A stretch of DNA of 64,000 nt, taken from Octopus sinensis (lineage: Eukaryota). Position numbers and translations under genes: made by a program. The stretch lies in NCBI RefSeq assembly GCF_006345805.1, contig NC_042999.1, positions 50,840,001 through 50,904,000 of the forward strand, written 5' to 3'. Numbering within the stretch: position 1 is the first letter of the stretch; each line of letters begins with the position of its first letter. Under the pieces are notes generated by a model that was not told the origin of the DNA, did no database searches, and worked only from the letters and a program-made list of their open reading frames with translations. Shown here one piece after another: positions 38,501-52,227 of the stretch.

Positions 38501-40384
38501 GAGGAAATCATAAGAAATTATAATACATTTTATTAAGAAATATTTTGATAAAGCTGCACTCCTTACATTTTCTCATCATACTTATGTATGAGTAAATATT
38601 TGAAAAGAGTTTTACAAAATTTTGAAGTATTTTCCCCTTATTCACAATCTAATACAAAATGACTTTGAAGCATAAAGCTTGACTTAGACTAATATTGAAA
38701 TTTTGAAATCCTTTCCCTTTCTGTACAAACTAATATAAAATGCTTATCGTGTATGTTACTCTCAAGTTAAGCTTCATACACTGACCAGCATAATGCCTGA
38801 ATATACAGTCTCTATTATGATGTATGTTGCTATAAGATTTAGAACTTCATTATATGATTTTATCAGAGTCTAAAATTCTATTTGAAAAAAGAAATAAAAT
38901 TGAATAGCAAATGTTAACATTGCTGAGAACCTTACAGAAGTGAGTACAGAATATTAACAGAACGCAGTTTACTGTACAACAGAACCTTTACAATGAAGCC
39001 TTAGAAACTGATGGTAAAACATTAGACAAGAGAACACAATACAGTTCTATTTGAAAAGGTCAAGGTCAATAAGGAAAAGGATGAGAACATTGTGTGTGGC
39101 AATTAATTTAATTTTAGCTAAGAAGAGAATGGATTTTCATTATATGTCAGAGTTCAAGTAGATTCACATGTATTTTTTTTTTTGCCACATTTTGTTATTT
39201 TTCTTAACCCAATAGATTTGAATGGAACTTAAAAAGAACCTTCTGAATAAAAAAAATAAAGACATTGAATAAGAACGACAGAAAATTCTGACTATCATGA
39301 ACATCATTTGACACTAAACAATAAAAGATGCATTCTTCTGAACTACAAATGGAGCCTCTACAAGGTCTCGTTTGACTTGTTATAAATAGTAGCCAAATCT
39401 CACTCAAATCACAATATAGTCTTAGATATAGCTTAGAAAGAAGGCATTATCATGGTTGGAACCTGGGACTGAACAACAACAAAGCCTGATAGAAATAGCA
39501 ACTAAATCTCTCTTGTAATCACACTATAATCTTAAAAAACACTAGAAACACATTGGACAGTGTAATGTTCAATATATAACAGATGTGATGATCATGACTG
39601 GAATACTATTGATCATTGATCCACCTGATCAGAGCTGACCTGGATCTAAAGAATATCCTGCTTCCTTCAAGCATCACATTTTAATGTATTTTCAATAGGC
39701 ACAAGCATAGCTGTGTAGGGGTGTTGGCATAACTGTGCAGTTAAAAAGTTAATTTCCAAACCACATTGTTTTTGGTTCAATCCCACCGCATGGCACCTTG
39801 GATATGTGTATTCTACTATAGCCCTTAAGCTGACATAAGCCTTGTGAGCAGATCTGGTAGGCAGATACCGAATAGAGGTTTGCTGTAGTACTTCATATTT
39901 TCCTTGTCAATTCATCTGTTTTGCCTGTCGATTATAAGCAACAGCTTTGCTAACAGTGTTATCAACTTGAAGTCCATTGCAAAATGCATGTTCAGATTTT
40001 CTGATACATTGTACGATCTTTGTAAACAAAAGGCTCATTTATTTGTTGCTGTTTGTTTCCTGTTCTCCACATAAACATGTCTGGGTTGCTTGTTGTTCAA
40101 CTGCTTGAGGGATTATTACCTTATTTGGAGACCAGTGAGAGCCAGCAACTAGGAGGGCATCTGGCCATAGAAAACTCACCAGCCTCAGAGGTACTGCAAA
40201 GAAAGGGTTATGTGTATGACCCTTTGTTTTCAACTAAGTCATAAATCAACAAACAAAAGGTTGTATCAAAGTGTGACCATCACTACATAACAAAATATAA
40301 TTCATTCCCCTCCTACTCCAATATATTTTCACACATTTAAAAATATTTTTTAGTTATTTTCTTTTTTTCAAATAATAATGGTTT

Positions 40385-40740
40385 CAAATTTTGCATCAAC
40401 CCCAGTTCTTGACCAGGTAATTATTTTATCAACCCCAAAAGGATGAAAGACAAAGTCAACCGCAGCAAAATTTGAGCTCAGAATATATAAAGATGGATGA
40501 AATTCTTATTTCTTTATTGCCCACAAGGAGCTAAACATAGAGGAGGCAAACAAGGGCAGACAAAAGGATTAAGTTGATTACATCGACCCCAGTGCATAAC
40601 TGGTACTTAATTTTATCGACCCCGAAAGGATGAAAAGCAAAGTCGACCTCAGCGGAATTTGAACTCAGAATGTAACAGCAGACGAAATACCGCTAAGTAG
40701 TTCGCCCGGCATGCTAATGTTTCTGCCAGCTCGCTGCCTT
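40385..40740 (-). mobile_element. SINE family A copy plus adjacent partial unit
   Basis: Full unit ~40507-40740; partial core ~40395-40505. Confidence 0.8.
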
Positions 40741-41419
40741 TATGGATGGAATTCTATTAAGCATTTTGTCTTGCATGTTATCAGTTCTGCCAGCTTGCAA
40801 TATAATAATAGGTGTGAGGATCACAGTTATGTGGCTTGTGGTTTGGTTCTGCTGCTTGGCACCTTGAACAGACATCTTCTAATGTAGTCTCAGGTAGACC
40901 AGTGTTTTGTGAATGCAATTTTAAAGGAGAGAATTGTACAGAATCCTAATGTATGTGTGTGTAAGTGTGTTTGTATTTATATGCGTTTGCATTGTTGAGT
41001 TGTTGATTTTGTAACTTCAAAAAAAGAAAAAAAAATCTGATTCCATCATTTTGATTACTTTTGTTTAATCATTGTTCAAAGATATTGTAAAGAACAAATT
41101 AATATATTCATATGATGCATTTATAGAGAAGTGTAAAAGTAAGAGCTAGAATATGAACAGGTAAATAAACAGTTAGATTGTAGAGTGAGAAAAAGTAAGA
41201 GAGAACGAGAAAGGGAGAATGACAGAAATCCTGATGGATTAATGTTAGTACAGTTAGCTAGACTTACAAAGTGAGAGGGAGAAAGTTCAGACAGAGTGAG
41301 AGAGGAGTGGGAGGAAATGGAGGAAGAAGGAAAGGAAGAAAAAATGAAACAAATAGAAAACAGCTAGAGACAGATAAAGAGGTGGATGGATAGATGATGG
41401 ATAGATGGATGGATGGAGG

Positions 41420-41992
41420 AAGGCGACGAGCTGGTAGAAACGTTAGCACACCGGGCAAAATGCTTAGCGGTATTTCATCTGGCTTTACGTTCTGAGTTCA
41501 AATTCCACTGAGGTCAACTTTGCCTTTCATCCTTTCGGGGTCGATAAATTAAGTACCAGTTGCACACTGGGGTCAATATAATCGACTTAACCTGTCTGTC
41601 TGTCCTTGTTTGTCTCCTCTGTGCTTAGCCCCTTGTGGGTAGTAAAGAAATAGGTATTTCGTCTGCTGCTACGTTCTGAGTTCAAATTCCACCGAGGTCA
41701 ACTTTGCCTTTCATCCTTTTGGGGTCGATTAAATAAGTACCAATTACGCACTGGGGTCGATATAATCAACTTAATCCATTTGCTTGTCCTCTCTGTGTTT
41801 AACCCCTTGTGGGTAGTAAAGAAATAGGTATTTCATCTGTCTTTACGTTCTGAGTTTAAATTCTGCCGAGGTTGACTTTGCCTTTCATCCTTTCGGGGTC
41901 GATAAATTAAGTACCAGTTGCATATTGGGGTCGATCTAATCGACTGGCCACCGCCCAAAAAAATTTCAGGCCTTGTGCCTTGAGTAGAAAAG
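41420..41992 (+). mobile_element. SINE family A trimeric concatemer; last unit has the alternative tail
   Basis: Units start at 41469, 41653, 41827 with GAAATA|GGTATTTC junctions; ends AATTTCAGGCCTTGTGCC; flanked by GGATGGATGGAGGA repeats. Confidence 0.88.
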
Positions 41993-42540
41993 GATGGATG
42001 GATGGATGGATGGAGGAAAGGAGGGAGGGATGGATGGACCAATGGATGAGTAGATAGAGACAAACAGACAGATGAAGAGATAGATAAACAGACAGTTCTA
42101 TAGAGAGACAGACAGACAAACAGACACACAGCTAGGTAGACAGATGGATAGATAGACGGACAGATAAATAGATAGATAGATTTTTACCAGTCTACATCAA
42201 AGAATTATTACTTATGGAAGAAATGAACAGTTTAAACATCTATCAAATATTCAATGTTTTATTTTCCCTTCCTAAGCAACAAAAGACTGCACTTTTAGCT
42301 TCAGAAGTTATATGAGACTGTTATACATAATTGATGTTTTATATTGGGAATAACTGAAGATTTGTGAAGAAAAGCACATAGATAGAGCAGAGATTCTGAA
42401 GCAATTAGTGATAAGGGGTATGGAATACTCAACCACTTCAATATGTTGATTCAAAGTAGTTCAAATAAATGAATATTCGTTGTTGAAATTTGACAGAGGA
42501 CCCATTTTAATTCAATGTAATAGAGAAAATGCAACAGACA

Positions 42541-43190
42541 TAGGTGTAGTTGTGTGGTAAGAAGCTTGCTTACGAACCATATGGTTCTGGGTTCAGTCCC
42601 ACTGTGTGGCACCCTGGGCAAGTAGTGTCTTCTACTATAGCCTCAGGCTAACAAAAGCCTTGTGAGTGGATTTGGTAGATGGAAATTGAGAGAAGCGTGC
42701 GCACGTGTGTGTGTGTGTGTGTACGCATGTGTATGTGTGTGTGCATGTGTCTTTGTGTGTGTCTCCGCCCCTACTTGGCAACTGGTGGTGGTTTGTTTAC
42801 ATAACTTAGCAGTTCAGCAAAAGAGACTGACAGCATAAGTACCAGGTTTTAAAATAAATAAATAAATTCATTCATTAATACTGAGGTTGATTTGTTCAAC
42901 TAAAATTCTTTAACCCTTTAGCATTTAAACCGGCCATATCCGGCCAAAAGTATTCTACTTGTTGTATGTTCAGACTGGCCAGATCTGGTCTCTCACACCT
43001 ACTCTACAATATCGTTCTAAAAATTAACAGCTACCTCATCAAAATCTCATAGCACCAAGATAATGCCTGATTAGTTCAAGGCAATGTGGATAAAAAAGGA
43101 TTAATGTTGGCAGAATAATGCAAACACTAAAGGGTTAAGGTGATGCCCCAACATGGCCACAGTTTAATGACTAAAACAAAGAAAAAAAGA
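42541..43190 (+). mobile_element. SINE family B interrupted by a TTAA MITE
   Basis: Tail resumes after the MITE (GGTGATGCCCCAACATGGCC). Confidence 0.8.
42914..43134. mobile_element. piggyBac-like MITE (TTAA TSD)
   Basis: TTAA|CCCTTTAG...CTAAAGGG|TTAA. Confidence 0.82.
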
Positions 43191-45444
43191 GATAATGTTG
43201 TTTACAGCTAGCTCTCTGAAATTAATCCTGAAACCAAAATCTCACAAAAACTTCCAATATTTTCTTTTACTAATTTACAACCATACTTTTATATGCTTGG
43301 TTTCATTTTTATTTTTGTTACAAATATTGTTGGAGCAAGTGTTTTTACAACAAGATGGCCTGCTTAGAACTAACCACTTAATGATGAAATGGAGTTGCCA
43401 CTTATTTTCAAACTAAGTAGACTGAAATAAACAAGGTATGGTGAATGGCCAAAAGAAACATATATATACAGCAGAGATTAGCAAGTGTTTTGTTTGTTTA
43501 TCTAAAGTCACTTTCGATTATTTAACATCCTACTCGAAACGAGGCAAAATTTTCATTTGTAAATATTGTTGTTGTTTGTTCTTGGTTAGCCACCAGCTTA
43601 GATTCTGATTACTCTTTTACTTGTTTCAGTCATTTGACTGCGGCCATGCTTGAGCACTGCCTTTAGTCGAGCAAATCGACCCCAGGACTTATTCTTTGGA
43701 AGCCTTGTACTTATTCTATTGGTCTCTTTTGCCGAATTGATGTTACTCAAAGGGGTATGGAACCAGCATGATGTGGTGAGGGTAAACCAGCTTACGCCGT
43801 CAGGTCCCACTGCTGATATCAGGGGTAGCATTCTATGCCTTGACCCAGGAATAGGACAGAGCTTGCCTCTTTGAGCTGGGAAATGAATGGAATGCTTAGG
43901 GTCTTGTTGTGGCTACCCGCTACTAAATAAAATGGGGAATAGGCCTGGGTATATATAAAAAAAATTGTTTCAGTCATTTGACTACAGTCATGTTGGATCA
44001 CCACCTTAAAGCGTCCTAATTGAAGAAATCAACCCCAGGACTTATTCTTTGTAAGTCTAGTACTTATTCTAACCGTATCTTTTGCCAAACTACTAAGTTA
44101 CAAGGATGTAAACACACCAACATCAGTTGTCAACTGATGGTGGGGGCACAAACACAGACACAAAGACACACACACATAACCATATACATACATATACAAC
44201 AGGCTTCTTTCAGTTTCCGTCTACCAAATCATCCACTCACAATGATAATCAATGAAACTCCAAGACATATTTCAGTATTACTAGACCTCATAAGGGAAGC
44301 ATAGTTTAACCATGACTATTAGATTTACTAGAGAGAGAGAATATACAAGATATTTATGAATGAATATAGAGTATGCTGTAGTCTATGTGATAAAACTTGC
44401 CATAAAAGAAACTATTGAAGAAAACTGAAATGCAAAAATAAATTGAAAAGCTCCAAGAAAGTAAATTTTGTCAATAGAACATATAACAGTCTTTATTTTC
44501 CATGGTTTCTAAAAATAAAAAGTTGATCAAAATTATTAAACAATTTTTTTTTCTTTCGAACAGAGAATTAATTAAAACATGTTGCCATTCTTCCTTGAAT
44601 TAAATCTTCTTTTCAATTGTATTCTCCCTCATCTCTTATCAAAAAAACAGCTAGTGTCTATTGTTGTTGCTGTTGTTTCCATTGTTCTTCTTGTTGTTTT
44701 GGGAGAAATCATAGCAAGAGATCTATAAAGTTACAGAGAACAATGAACATACTGTTACACTGTAGAATGGGTACTGATAAGTGGACTCTGTTATGTGTTT
44801 GGTTAAACCAACTTAGCACTAAACAGCAGGATGTATAGAGCAGACAGAATCAAATTTACAATATGGCTGAGGGAAATTGTTTCAGAGGAATATTCATCAT
44901 CATCATCAGCAGCAGCAGCAGCATGTGCCGTTCAAGAATTTGGACCTGGAGATCTCCATTTCCAGCGACTTCGAGGGCCACTTCCCAGTGGTGTTGGGCG
45001 TCAATGAAGAGCCCTCGACTACAACAAGACGACCAAAGTTTTTTTTTTCCCAAGGTATGAGGTCTCCCGCCCCTAAGCCCTAGACCATCACCTAATCACC
45101 CTTACCCATCTTGATGCTTAACAACAACAACAACAGCAGCAGGGTAGCATTTAATGTCAAATTTTCCATGCTTGCATGGGTCAGATGGAATATGTTAAGG
45201 TAGATTTTCTAGGGTCGGATGCTCTTCCAGTCATGTAACCCTCACCTGTTTCCAGGCAAAATAACATTTTCTCATGACCAGATATGGTTTTTACAGAAAA
45301 TTGCACATGAACAACACCTCTTGTATGACAGTGATGCTCATTTACAACTATCACAAGATAAGGGTAGGCACAAAGACATTCAGACACATACAGCACAAGC
45401 TTCTCAACTACATAGACATTACTTTTTCTCCTCTAAATGACTAA

Positions 45445-45760
45445 CTATTTATTTTATGCGCCCTTTTCAAACCTAGCCAGACTCATGGGCCTGGTTTCCC
45501 GGTTTCTATGGTGTATGTGTTACCCCCAGCTGGATGGGACGCCAGTCCATCGCAGCATTACTCAAGAAACAGGAAGAAAGAGTAAGAGAAAGTTGGGGTG
45601 GAAGAGTACAACAGGGTTCGCCACCACCCCCTGCCGGAGCCTCATGGAGCTTTAGGTGTTTTTGCTCAATAAACACACACAACACCCGGTCTGGGAATCG
45701 AAACTGCAATCCTCCGACCACAAGTCCACTGCCCTAACCATTGAGCCATTGCACCTCCAC
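45445..45760 (-). mobile_element. SINE family C, 10-bp TSD
   Basis: tRNA-like head and GCGATGGACTGGCGTCCCATCCAG domain on minus; AAATGACTAA at 45435-45444 and 45761-45770. Confidence 0.85.
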
Positions 45761-46242
45761 AAATGACTAAATGACTAACAAAATCTTTTTTTTTAAAAAA
45801 AAAAGAAGCTTTTAGTAAAATGAATTTATTTAATGGCTATGATTCTTTGCAAACCTCCAAAATTTATGGGAGGAAGAGAGAAAGCTGCAAGCATTCAAAC
45901 CTTATCTGACAGAAAATCTGACCTGAATACTTGCTAAAGAGTGAAGTCCAGTAAAAACACTTGGAGGCCAAGCGATGGCATTAAGCCAAGTGACGGACTA
46001 AGTCTTCTCCCAACAAACAGAAACAGTCCCTCTGATACGCTTTCACACAATTTCCATAAGTTACATTTCACTTAGAAGGCTTTGGGCCAAGCAAGATGCC
46101 TAAGTGCAGCACAGCACAATTGATTCCAAAACCGTGTGATCATGAAGTGAACTTCCTGCACACACAGCCATTATCAATATTTTAATATCTTCTATCTAAA
46201 GCTGACATTCATTGAACAGGTTAATTAAAATAACATGTTTAA

Positions 46243-46767
46243 CTCTTTAGCATTCTTTAGCAGTCAAATATAATACTTACTTATTCACCTTGTTTTAGAT
46301 TAATCATGCCTTATTTCATAGCTCTGAGATTTTGATGATGTGATTGTTTAGCTTTTAGAATGACATTATAGGCTAGGTGTGAAAGGCTGGATTTGGCTGG
46401 TCTGAATATAAAACATGTAGAATATTGTTCCTTCTCGAGCCAAGCCTGGCTCATAGGGCTGGTTTCCTGGTTTCCTTGGTATATAGGTTCATCACCTGAA
46501 CGGGATGCTGATCTGTCGCAGGTGAGCTGCAAGATACAGGAGGAAAGAGGGAGAGAAAGTTGTGGCAAAAGAGTCAGCAGAAGTTCGCCATTACCTTCTG
46601 CCGGAGCTGCATGGAGCTTAGGTGTTTCCCTCATAAACACACACATCGCCTGGTCTGAGATTCGAACCCGCGATCCCTCGACCGCGAGTCCGCTGCTCTA
46701 ACCACTAGGCCATGTGTCTCCACGTAGAATATTTTGGCTGGATATGGTTGGTTTAAATGCTAAAGGG
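46243..46767. mobile_element. TTAA MITE containing a nested SINE
   Basis: TTAA|CTCTTTAGCATT...ATGCTAAAGGG|TTAA; followed by part of the other TTAA-MITE family to ~46927. Confidence 0.72.
46427..46723 (-). mobile_element. SINE family C variant, 10-bp TSD
   Basis: GTAGAATATT at 46417-46426 and 46724-46733; A-box TGGCCTAGTGG and B-box GGTTCGAATC on minus. Confidence 0.85.
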
Positions 46768-47020
46768 TTAAAGTTATTTTAATTAAAACCATCCAACATT
46801 TATACCAATTTGCATGTGAAACACCAATTTAATTATGACAAAGTTATTTTACTGAATTCTTCATTTTCAAAATTGATGAAGACAAATGCGGGGTATTTCA
46901 ATAGAAAAATAATAACAAAAGGGTTAAAATAGAGTGTGTAGTCAACTTGATAGAAATAGTCAAACATTTCTGTTTCTGTGGATTGTTGCTTTTAGCTATC
47001 ACCAACTCATATTTTATTCA

Positions 47021-47446
47021 GTTTCCTGCACCAGTTTCACATAGCAGCCCCAGCCCATCCAAAGTACCTTGGATCGCAGAACGGCCTGCTGTGCTTACCT
47101 TGGATCGTACGGCAACCTGCTGTGCTTGAGGAGACCTATTAACTCAAGTACATCAACATCAAAATAAAAAATCAAATGGAAATTGTAGTTGTGATACCTG
47201 TGCCGGTGGCACGTAAAAAGCACCAACCAATCATGGCAGTTGCCAGCCTCACCTGGCACCTGTGCCGGTGGCATGTAAAAAGCACCCACTACACTCACAG
47301 AGTGATTGGTGTTAGGAAGGGCATCCAGCTGTAGAAACACTGCCAGATCAGACTGGAGCCTTGTGCAGCCTCCTGGCTTCCCAGACCCCGGTCGAACTGT
47401 CCAACCCATGCTAGTATGGAAAACGGACGTTAAACGATGATGATGA
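47021..47446 (+). mobile_element. RTE-type 3' tail element with longer 5' extension
   Basis: Matches the reverse complement of 62714-63385, including CCCAGCCCATCCAAAGTACCTTGGAT; (GAT)n end. Confidence 0.8.
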
Positions 47447-47454
47447 TACTAGAT

Positions 47455-47644
47455 CAGGGTTTCCCAACCAGTGAGGGGTGAGATAGCATTCCAGAAGGTG
47501 CAAGCAGGGCCAGGTTTATAGGGGTTCAAAGAGAGCAATTGCTCCAGGCACCTTTATTCTTATATAAACTATTACTTTAAGGGGTGCAAGAACATATTAA
47601 AAGTGTTTAGGAGTGTGGGGCATAAAAACGGTCAAGAACCACTG
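47455..47644. mobile_element. hAT (Charlie-like) MITE with 8-bp TSD
   Basis: TACTAGAT|CAGGGTTTCCCAACC ... GGTCAAGAACCACTG|TACTAGAT. Confidence 0.8.
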
Positions 47645-48078
47645 TACTAGATATACTATTTTACTTGTTTCACTCGTGGGGCTGTGGCCATGCTAGGATA
47701 CCACCTTAAAGAATTTACATGATTAAATCAATCCCAATTCTTGTTTCTATCTAATACTTATTCTGTCAATTGTTTTTTGCCAAACCACTATGTTATGAGG
47801 ATATAAACAAACCAACACCAGCTATCATGCAGTGAGAGACAAACATACACTTGTACACACATACCTATATATGATATATACTTAGGTATAATATATATAC
47901 AATATATATAATCATCACTGTCAACATCATCATCATCATCATTTAACATCTCTCTCGCTTTTTCTATCTCCCTCTCTGTCTCCCTCTCTCTAATAAATAT
48001 ATATATATGTATATATATATACATTTGCTTGCTAAAAAGTGGATGTGAAATGATGACTTTATACATACATACATATAT

Positions 48079-48119
<41 letters not shown>

Positions 48120-48128
<9 letters not shown>

Positions 48129-48916
48129 TCAACTTGTGTGTCTGTGTGTTTAACTTCCTGGCACATTTCTTCCAAGCCAACAAATCGTAGAACCACCAAA
48201 AATGGGTCACTTAAAGTTTAGGTGAATGAAAATTGAACTGCGCTATTTCTGTTCTGAAATTCATCTCGCAAGTGCAAAAATTGATAATGTATTTGTTTAG
48301 GCCTTATCCCATACATTGAATAGTGAACTTTACTCAGTCAGCTGTTTGACGTGAACTGTGTTCACCACACATTCAAGCATGTGTAAATTGCATGAAAAAT
48401 AAAAAATCAAGATATAAAAATGAATCGCCGCAAACATTGTAGAAATTCGGCAAAGAAATGAATTTTTGGGATGTAGCATGGAGGGTTTTTTCGTATTAAT
48501 CGTTTGGACTTTGTGAACACATACCAATTGTTTTCATAACATTTTTAACGCTTTGAACTAAATGTGACCATTTTGCATTGAGTCTGCAGTTTGAATCACT
48601 TTAACCAAGTTTTAGCTGGCCGGATTTTTGATCATCACGATACATCGCCAGCGACTCCCCAAAACTCTCTCCTGAAATCCCCATTGAGAAATACTGATCT
48701 AAAAGAATAATTCAAGAATGCAATTATTTGATCAACAAAAATTTATGAAACGCTTCTACGTACTTCCTACTGAGGAAATGGAACACATAAGCGCAAAAAT
48801 AGAGGGCATTAAATGCTTGATTTTAAAACCAAAATAATTGAATTTTGATTGAACTTCATCCAAGTTTAGCTTAATTCGCGCGTGCATAGAACGCACAAGC
48901 CGGGCAATACTGCTAG
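48120..48916 (+). mobile_element. Non-autonomous Helitron-like element
   Basis: Starts at (TA)nAAAACTC..GTGTGTCTGTGTG; ends GCCGGGCAATACTGCTAG|T, an end shared with ~53015-53033; no TSD. Confidence 0.6.
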
Positions 48917-49778
48917 TATACATATATATTTAAAATTTATTTTTTGAAACAGTTGATCTTGCAGTGCATATAACTATAAATAATAATATGCAAATATTAC
49001 AGTGCAAAACCCTTTTCAATATGTATATTTATGTGGGTGTGTGTATGTTTGTACTTTCTTGTCTTGATGTCACATAATTGTAGTAGATGTATGTCAATAT
49101 TCTTCAAAAACATGCCTGGCTATGAAGAAATATTAACTAGCTTGGAAACAGGGGAGGGTTGGCAACAAGGAAGACCTCCAGCCATAGAAAATCTACCTCA
49201 CAGAACTCTGTCCAACCCATATAAACATGGAAAAATGGACATTAAAGTGATAATGATGATTCTATTCAGTGATCTAACAACTCTGCCATTATGTTAATTT
49301 ATGTTAATCTATGTTAATTTATGAAAAAGTTTGCATATCCAAATGCAAATGACTTACTTGGCATCAACAGGATTGGCTAATGTTTACAGAATATTTTGGA
49401 ATTATACAGTTATGGAAAAGCAATGTGAATGTGAGATATAAAGTGGATAAATAATGATGAGACCATACTAGAAGATATCTCTGGTGGTATCAGACCATAG
49501 AAAGCTTGACAGGAAATTGCTAGATCATATCTGAGAACATTGGATCTCATTGATGAAAAGAGTGTAAGAATGAATCATGTTGTAAGATGATGTAGTGCAC
49601 ACTCATCTGTCTTATGAGGAAAAATAGAAAAAGAAGCAAATATCAAAAACATGATAATCTCTTAAAATTAGAACAGAAACAGATAATCCTCTTTCATCAT
49701 TTCTATGTGACAAATATGTGCATGTGCATGTGTGTATACACACACACACAAATGCATATATAAATATATATATATATA

Positions 49779-49810
<32 letters not shown>

Positions 49811-50045
49811 TATTATTATTATTCAAAGGAATTCCAACTCTGTTTTTTATGTTTTATTTATATTCTTTATAATATTAAAGTAGAATATAGAATATATAGC
49901 AGAAATAGTATATATAGTAAAATGAAATGAAGTATTGATTGTCTTATTGAATAGATGAAATATTGAATATCAAATATTAAGGGACAAGTATACTTTCTTG
50001 CATTAAAGCAGTCTTCAAGGTCCCAAGTTTTGACAGGAGTGTTTC

Positions 50046-50094
<49 letters not shown>

Positions 50095-50210
50095 CATAAA
50101 TATAAATATGCATGTGTGTGTATATATATAAACACATACACATGTATACATAGACATACACACACACACACACACATTATGATGATAATGCATGTGTGTG
50201 TGTGTGTGTT

Positions 50211-50950
50211 ATGAGGTGGTATCAAAAAGTTCCCGAATTAGTTCTGTAGCATGCCAACAGATGGCAACATACACAGTTGCATGTGCAGTGAGAGCTAGCA
50301 GTAACCTTCATGAAGCAGAGTGCTGAGTGGACACTGCTCTGTTTACTTTACAGGTTGGGAAATTTGTATTTTTATGATGACCTGAATGTGGTAGTCTGCA
50401 ATTTGGTAATGGACAGGAACAAAGAGCCAATGTGAAATTTTGCACTGAAGGCTGCTACAGAGACATTGAGCATGCTTTGGCAAGCTAATGGCAATGAGGC
50501 AACTGGTCATATACAATGTTTCAAGTGGCACAGGTACTTCGAAAGCAGAAGCACATCCCTGGAAAATGATGAGCAATCTCGAAGACCTGCCACAAGCATC
50601 AACACCAGAAATATGGATCTGTGGAATATGAAGAATTGAATTCTTCACAACAATAATGCACCCTGTCACAGACTTCTCCTCACTCGAGAGTTTCTCACCA
50701 AAAACAACATAATATCACTTTTGCATCTGTCCTATTTGCCAGATTGAAAACCTGCAGACTTCCATTTCTTCTCCAAGATGAAAATACAGCTCAAAGGTCA
50801 CTGTTTTAAAACTGGTGTTGAGATCCAGAGTGAATTGCAGAAGGTCCTCAAGTCACTTACAGAAAACAGCTTGCAGACCAGATTCTAAAAGTGACACAAA
50901 CGTTGGGACTGGTGTATTGATGCGCAAGGTGACTATTTCAAAAGAGATGA
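50211..50950 (+). pseudogene. Decayed, internally deleted mariner transposase
   Basis: TA|TGAGGTGGTATCAAAAAGTTCC TIR; EQRANVKFC, CFKWHRYFESRSTSLENDEQSRRP, LHNNNAPCH, YLPD*KPADFHFF, RWDWCIDAQGDYF. Confidence 0.85.
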
Positions 50951-50986
50951 TTTTAAAATTTTTATTAAAAAACTTTTATCAAACAT

Positions 50987-51152
50987 AGGCGTAGGAGTGG
51001 CTGTGTGGTAAGTAGCTTGCTTACCAACCACATGGTTCCAGGTTCAGTCACACTGCGTGGCACCTTGGGCAAGTGTTTTCTGCTATAGCCTTGGGCTGAC
51101 CAAAGCCTTGTGAGTGGATTTGGTAGATGGAAACTGAAAGAAGCCCATCGTA

Positions 51153-51193
<41 letters not shown>

Positions 51194-51410
51194 ATATGTT
51201 TATGTTTCTGTGTTTGTCCACCCAACATTGCTTGACAACTGATGCTGGTGTGTTTACGTCCCTGTAACTTAACAGTTCGGTAAAAGAGACCGATAGAATA
51301 AGTACTAGGCTTACAAAGAATAAGTTCTGGGGTCGATTTGCTTGACTAAAGGTAGTGCTCCAGCATGGCTGCAGTCATATGACTGAAACAATTAAAAGAG
51401 TAAAAGAGTA
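50987..51410 (+). mobile_element. SINE family B full length
   Basis: Colinear with 12311-12713. Confidence 0.9.
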
Positions 51411-51906
51411 AATTTGTATTACATAATTTCATTGGTTTGTTTCTTTCTTTTTGTTATTGCTTCAGTTTGCCAGTTGGAATATATTCCAATGACGATGATA
51501 AAATCTTAGGTTATGCCATTCATATGGATTGGTTGGAATGTTGTAGCACTTAATTCTTACTGAACTAGTGCAACAAAAATCAATCTTTTGTGGTAGTAGT
51601 AGTAGTGATGGTGGTGGTGGTTGTGGAAGTGGCTACAGTCATGACGGTGGTGATGGCATCAGTAGTGAGTGTGGTAGCAGCAGTAGTAATAGCAGCAGCA
51701 ATAGCAGCAGTGGTGGTAGTGGTAGTGGTGTAGGCAGTGGTGGTGGTGGTGGTGGTGGTGGTGGAATAGGGAGGTGTTTTATAAGGGTTTTATATTTCCT
51801 TTTTTAATTGATAGGTCAAGCAAAAGGATTTGGTAAAATTATCTTGAAAAAGTATTCAATCATTGCTTTTAGATTTTTACCTGTAATTGTGATCAATATC
51901 ATTTTT

Positions 51907-51940
<34 letters not shown>

Positions 51941-52227
51941 TAATAATCCCTTCTGCTATAGGCACAAGGCCTGAAATTTTAGGAGAGTTGGGGTGGGTCA
52001 TTCAATTACATCACTCCCAGTGCATAACTGGTACTTATTTCATTGACCCTGAAAGGATAAAAGGCAAAGTCAACCTCAGTGGAATTTGAACTCAGAACAT
52101 AAAGATAGACAAAACACTGCTAAGCATTTTTCCCGGCATGCTAATGATTCTGTCAGCTTGCTGTCTTATAATAATTCTTTCTACTATAGGTTCAAGGTCT
52201 GAAATTTTGGGAGAGTGGATTTATCTA

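Noticed and set aside
37957-38511. 184-aa LSIY-repeat ORF
   Set aside because: (GATA)n microsatellite.
51568-51807. Gly/Ser-rich ORF
   Set aside because: Mixed GGT/AGT/AGC trinucleotide repeat without splice signals.
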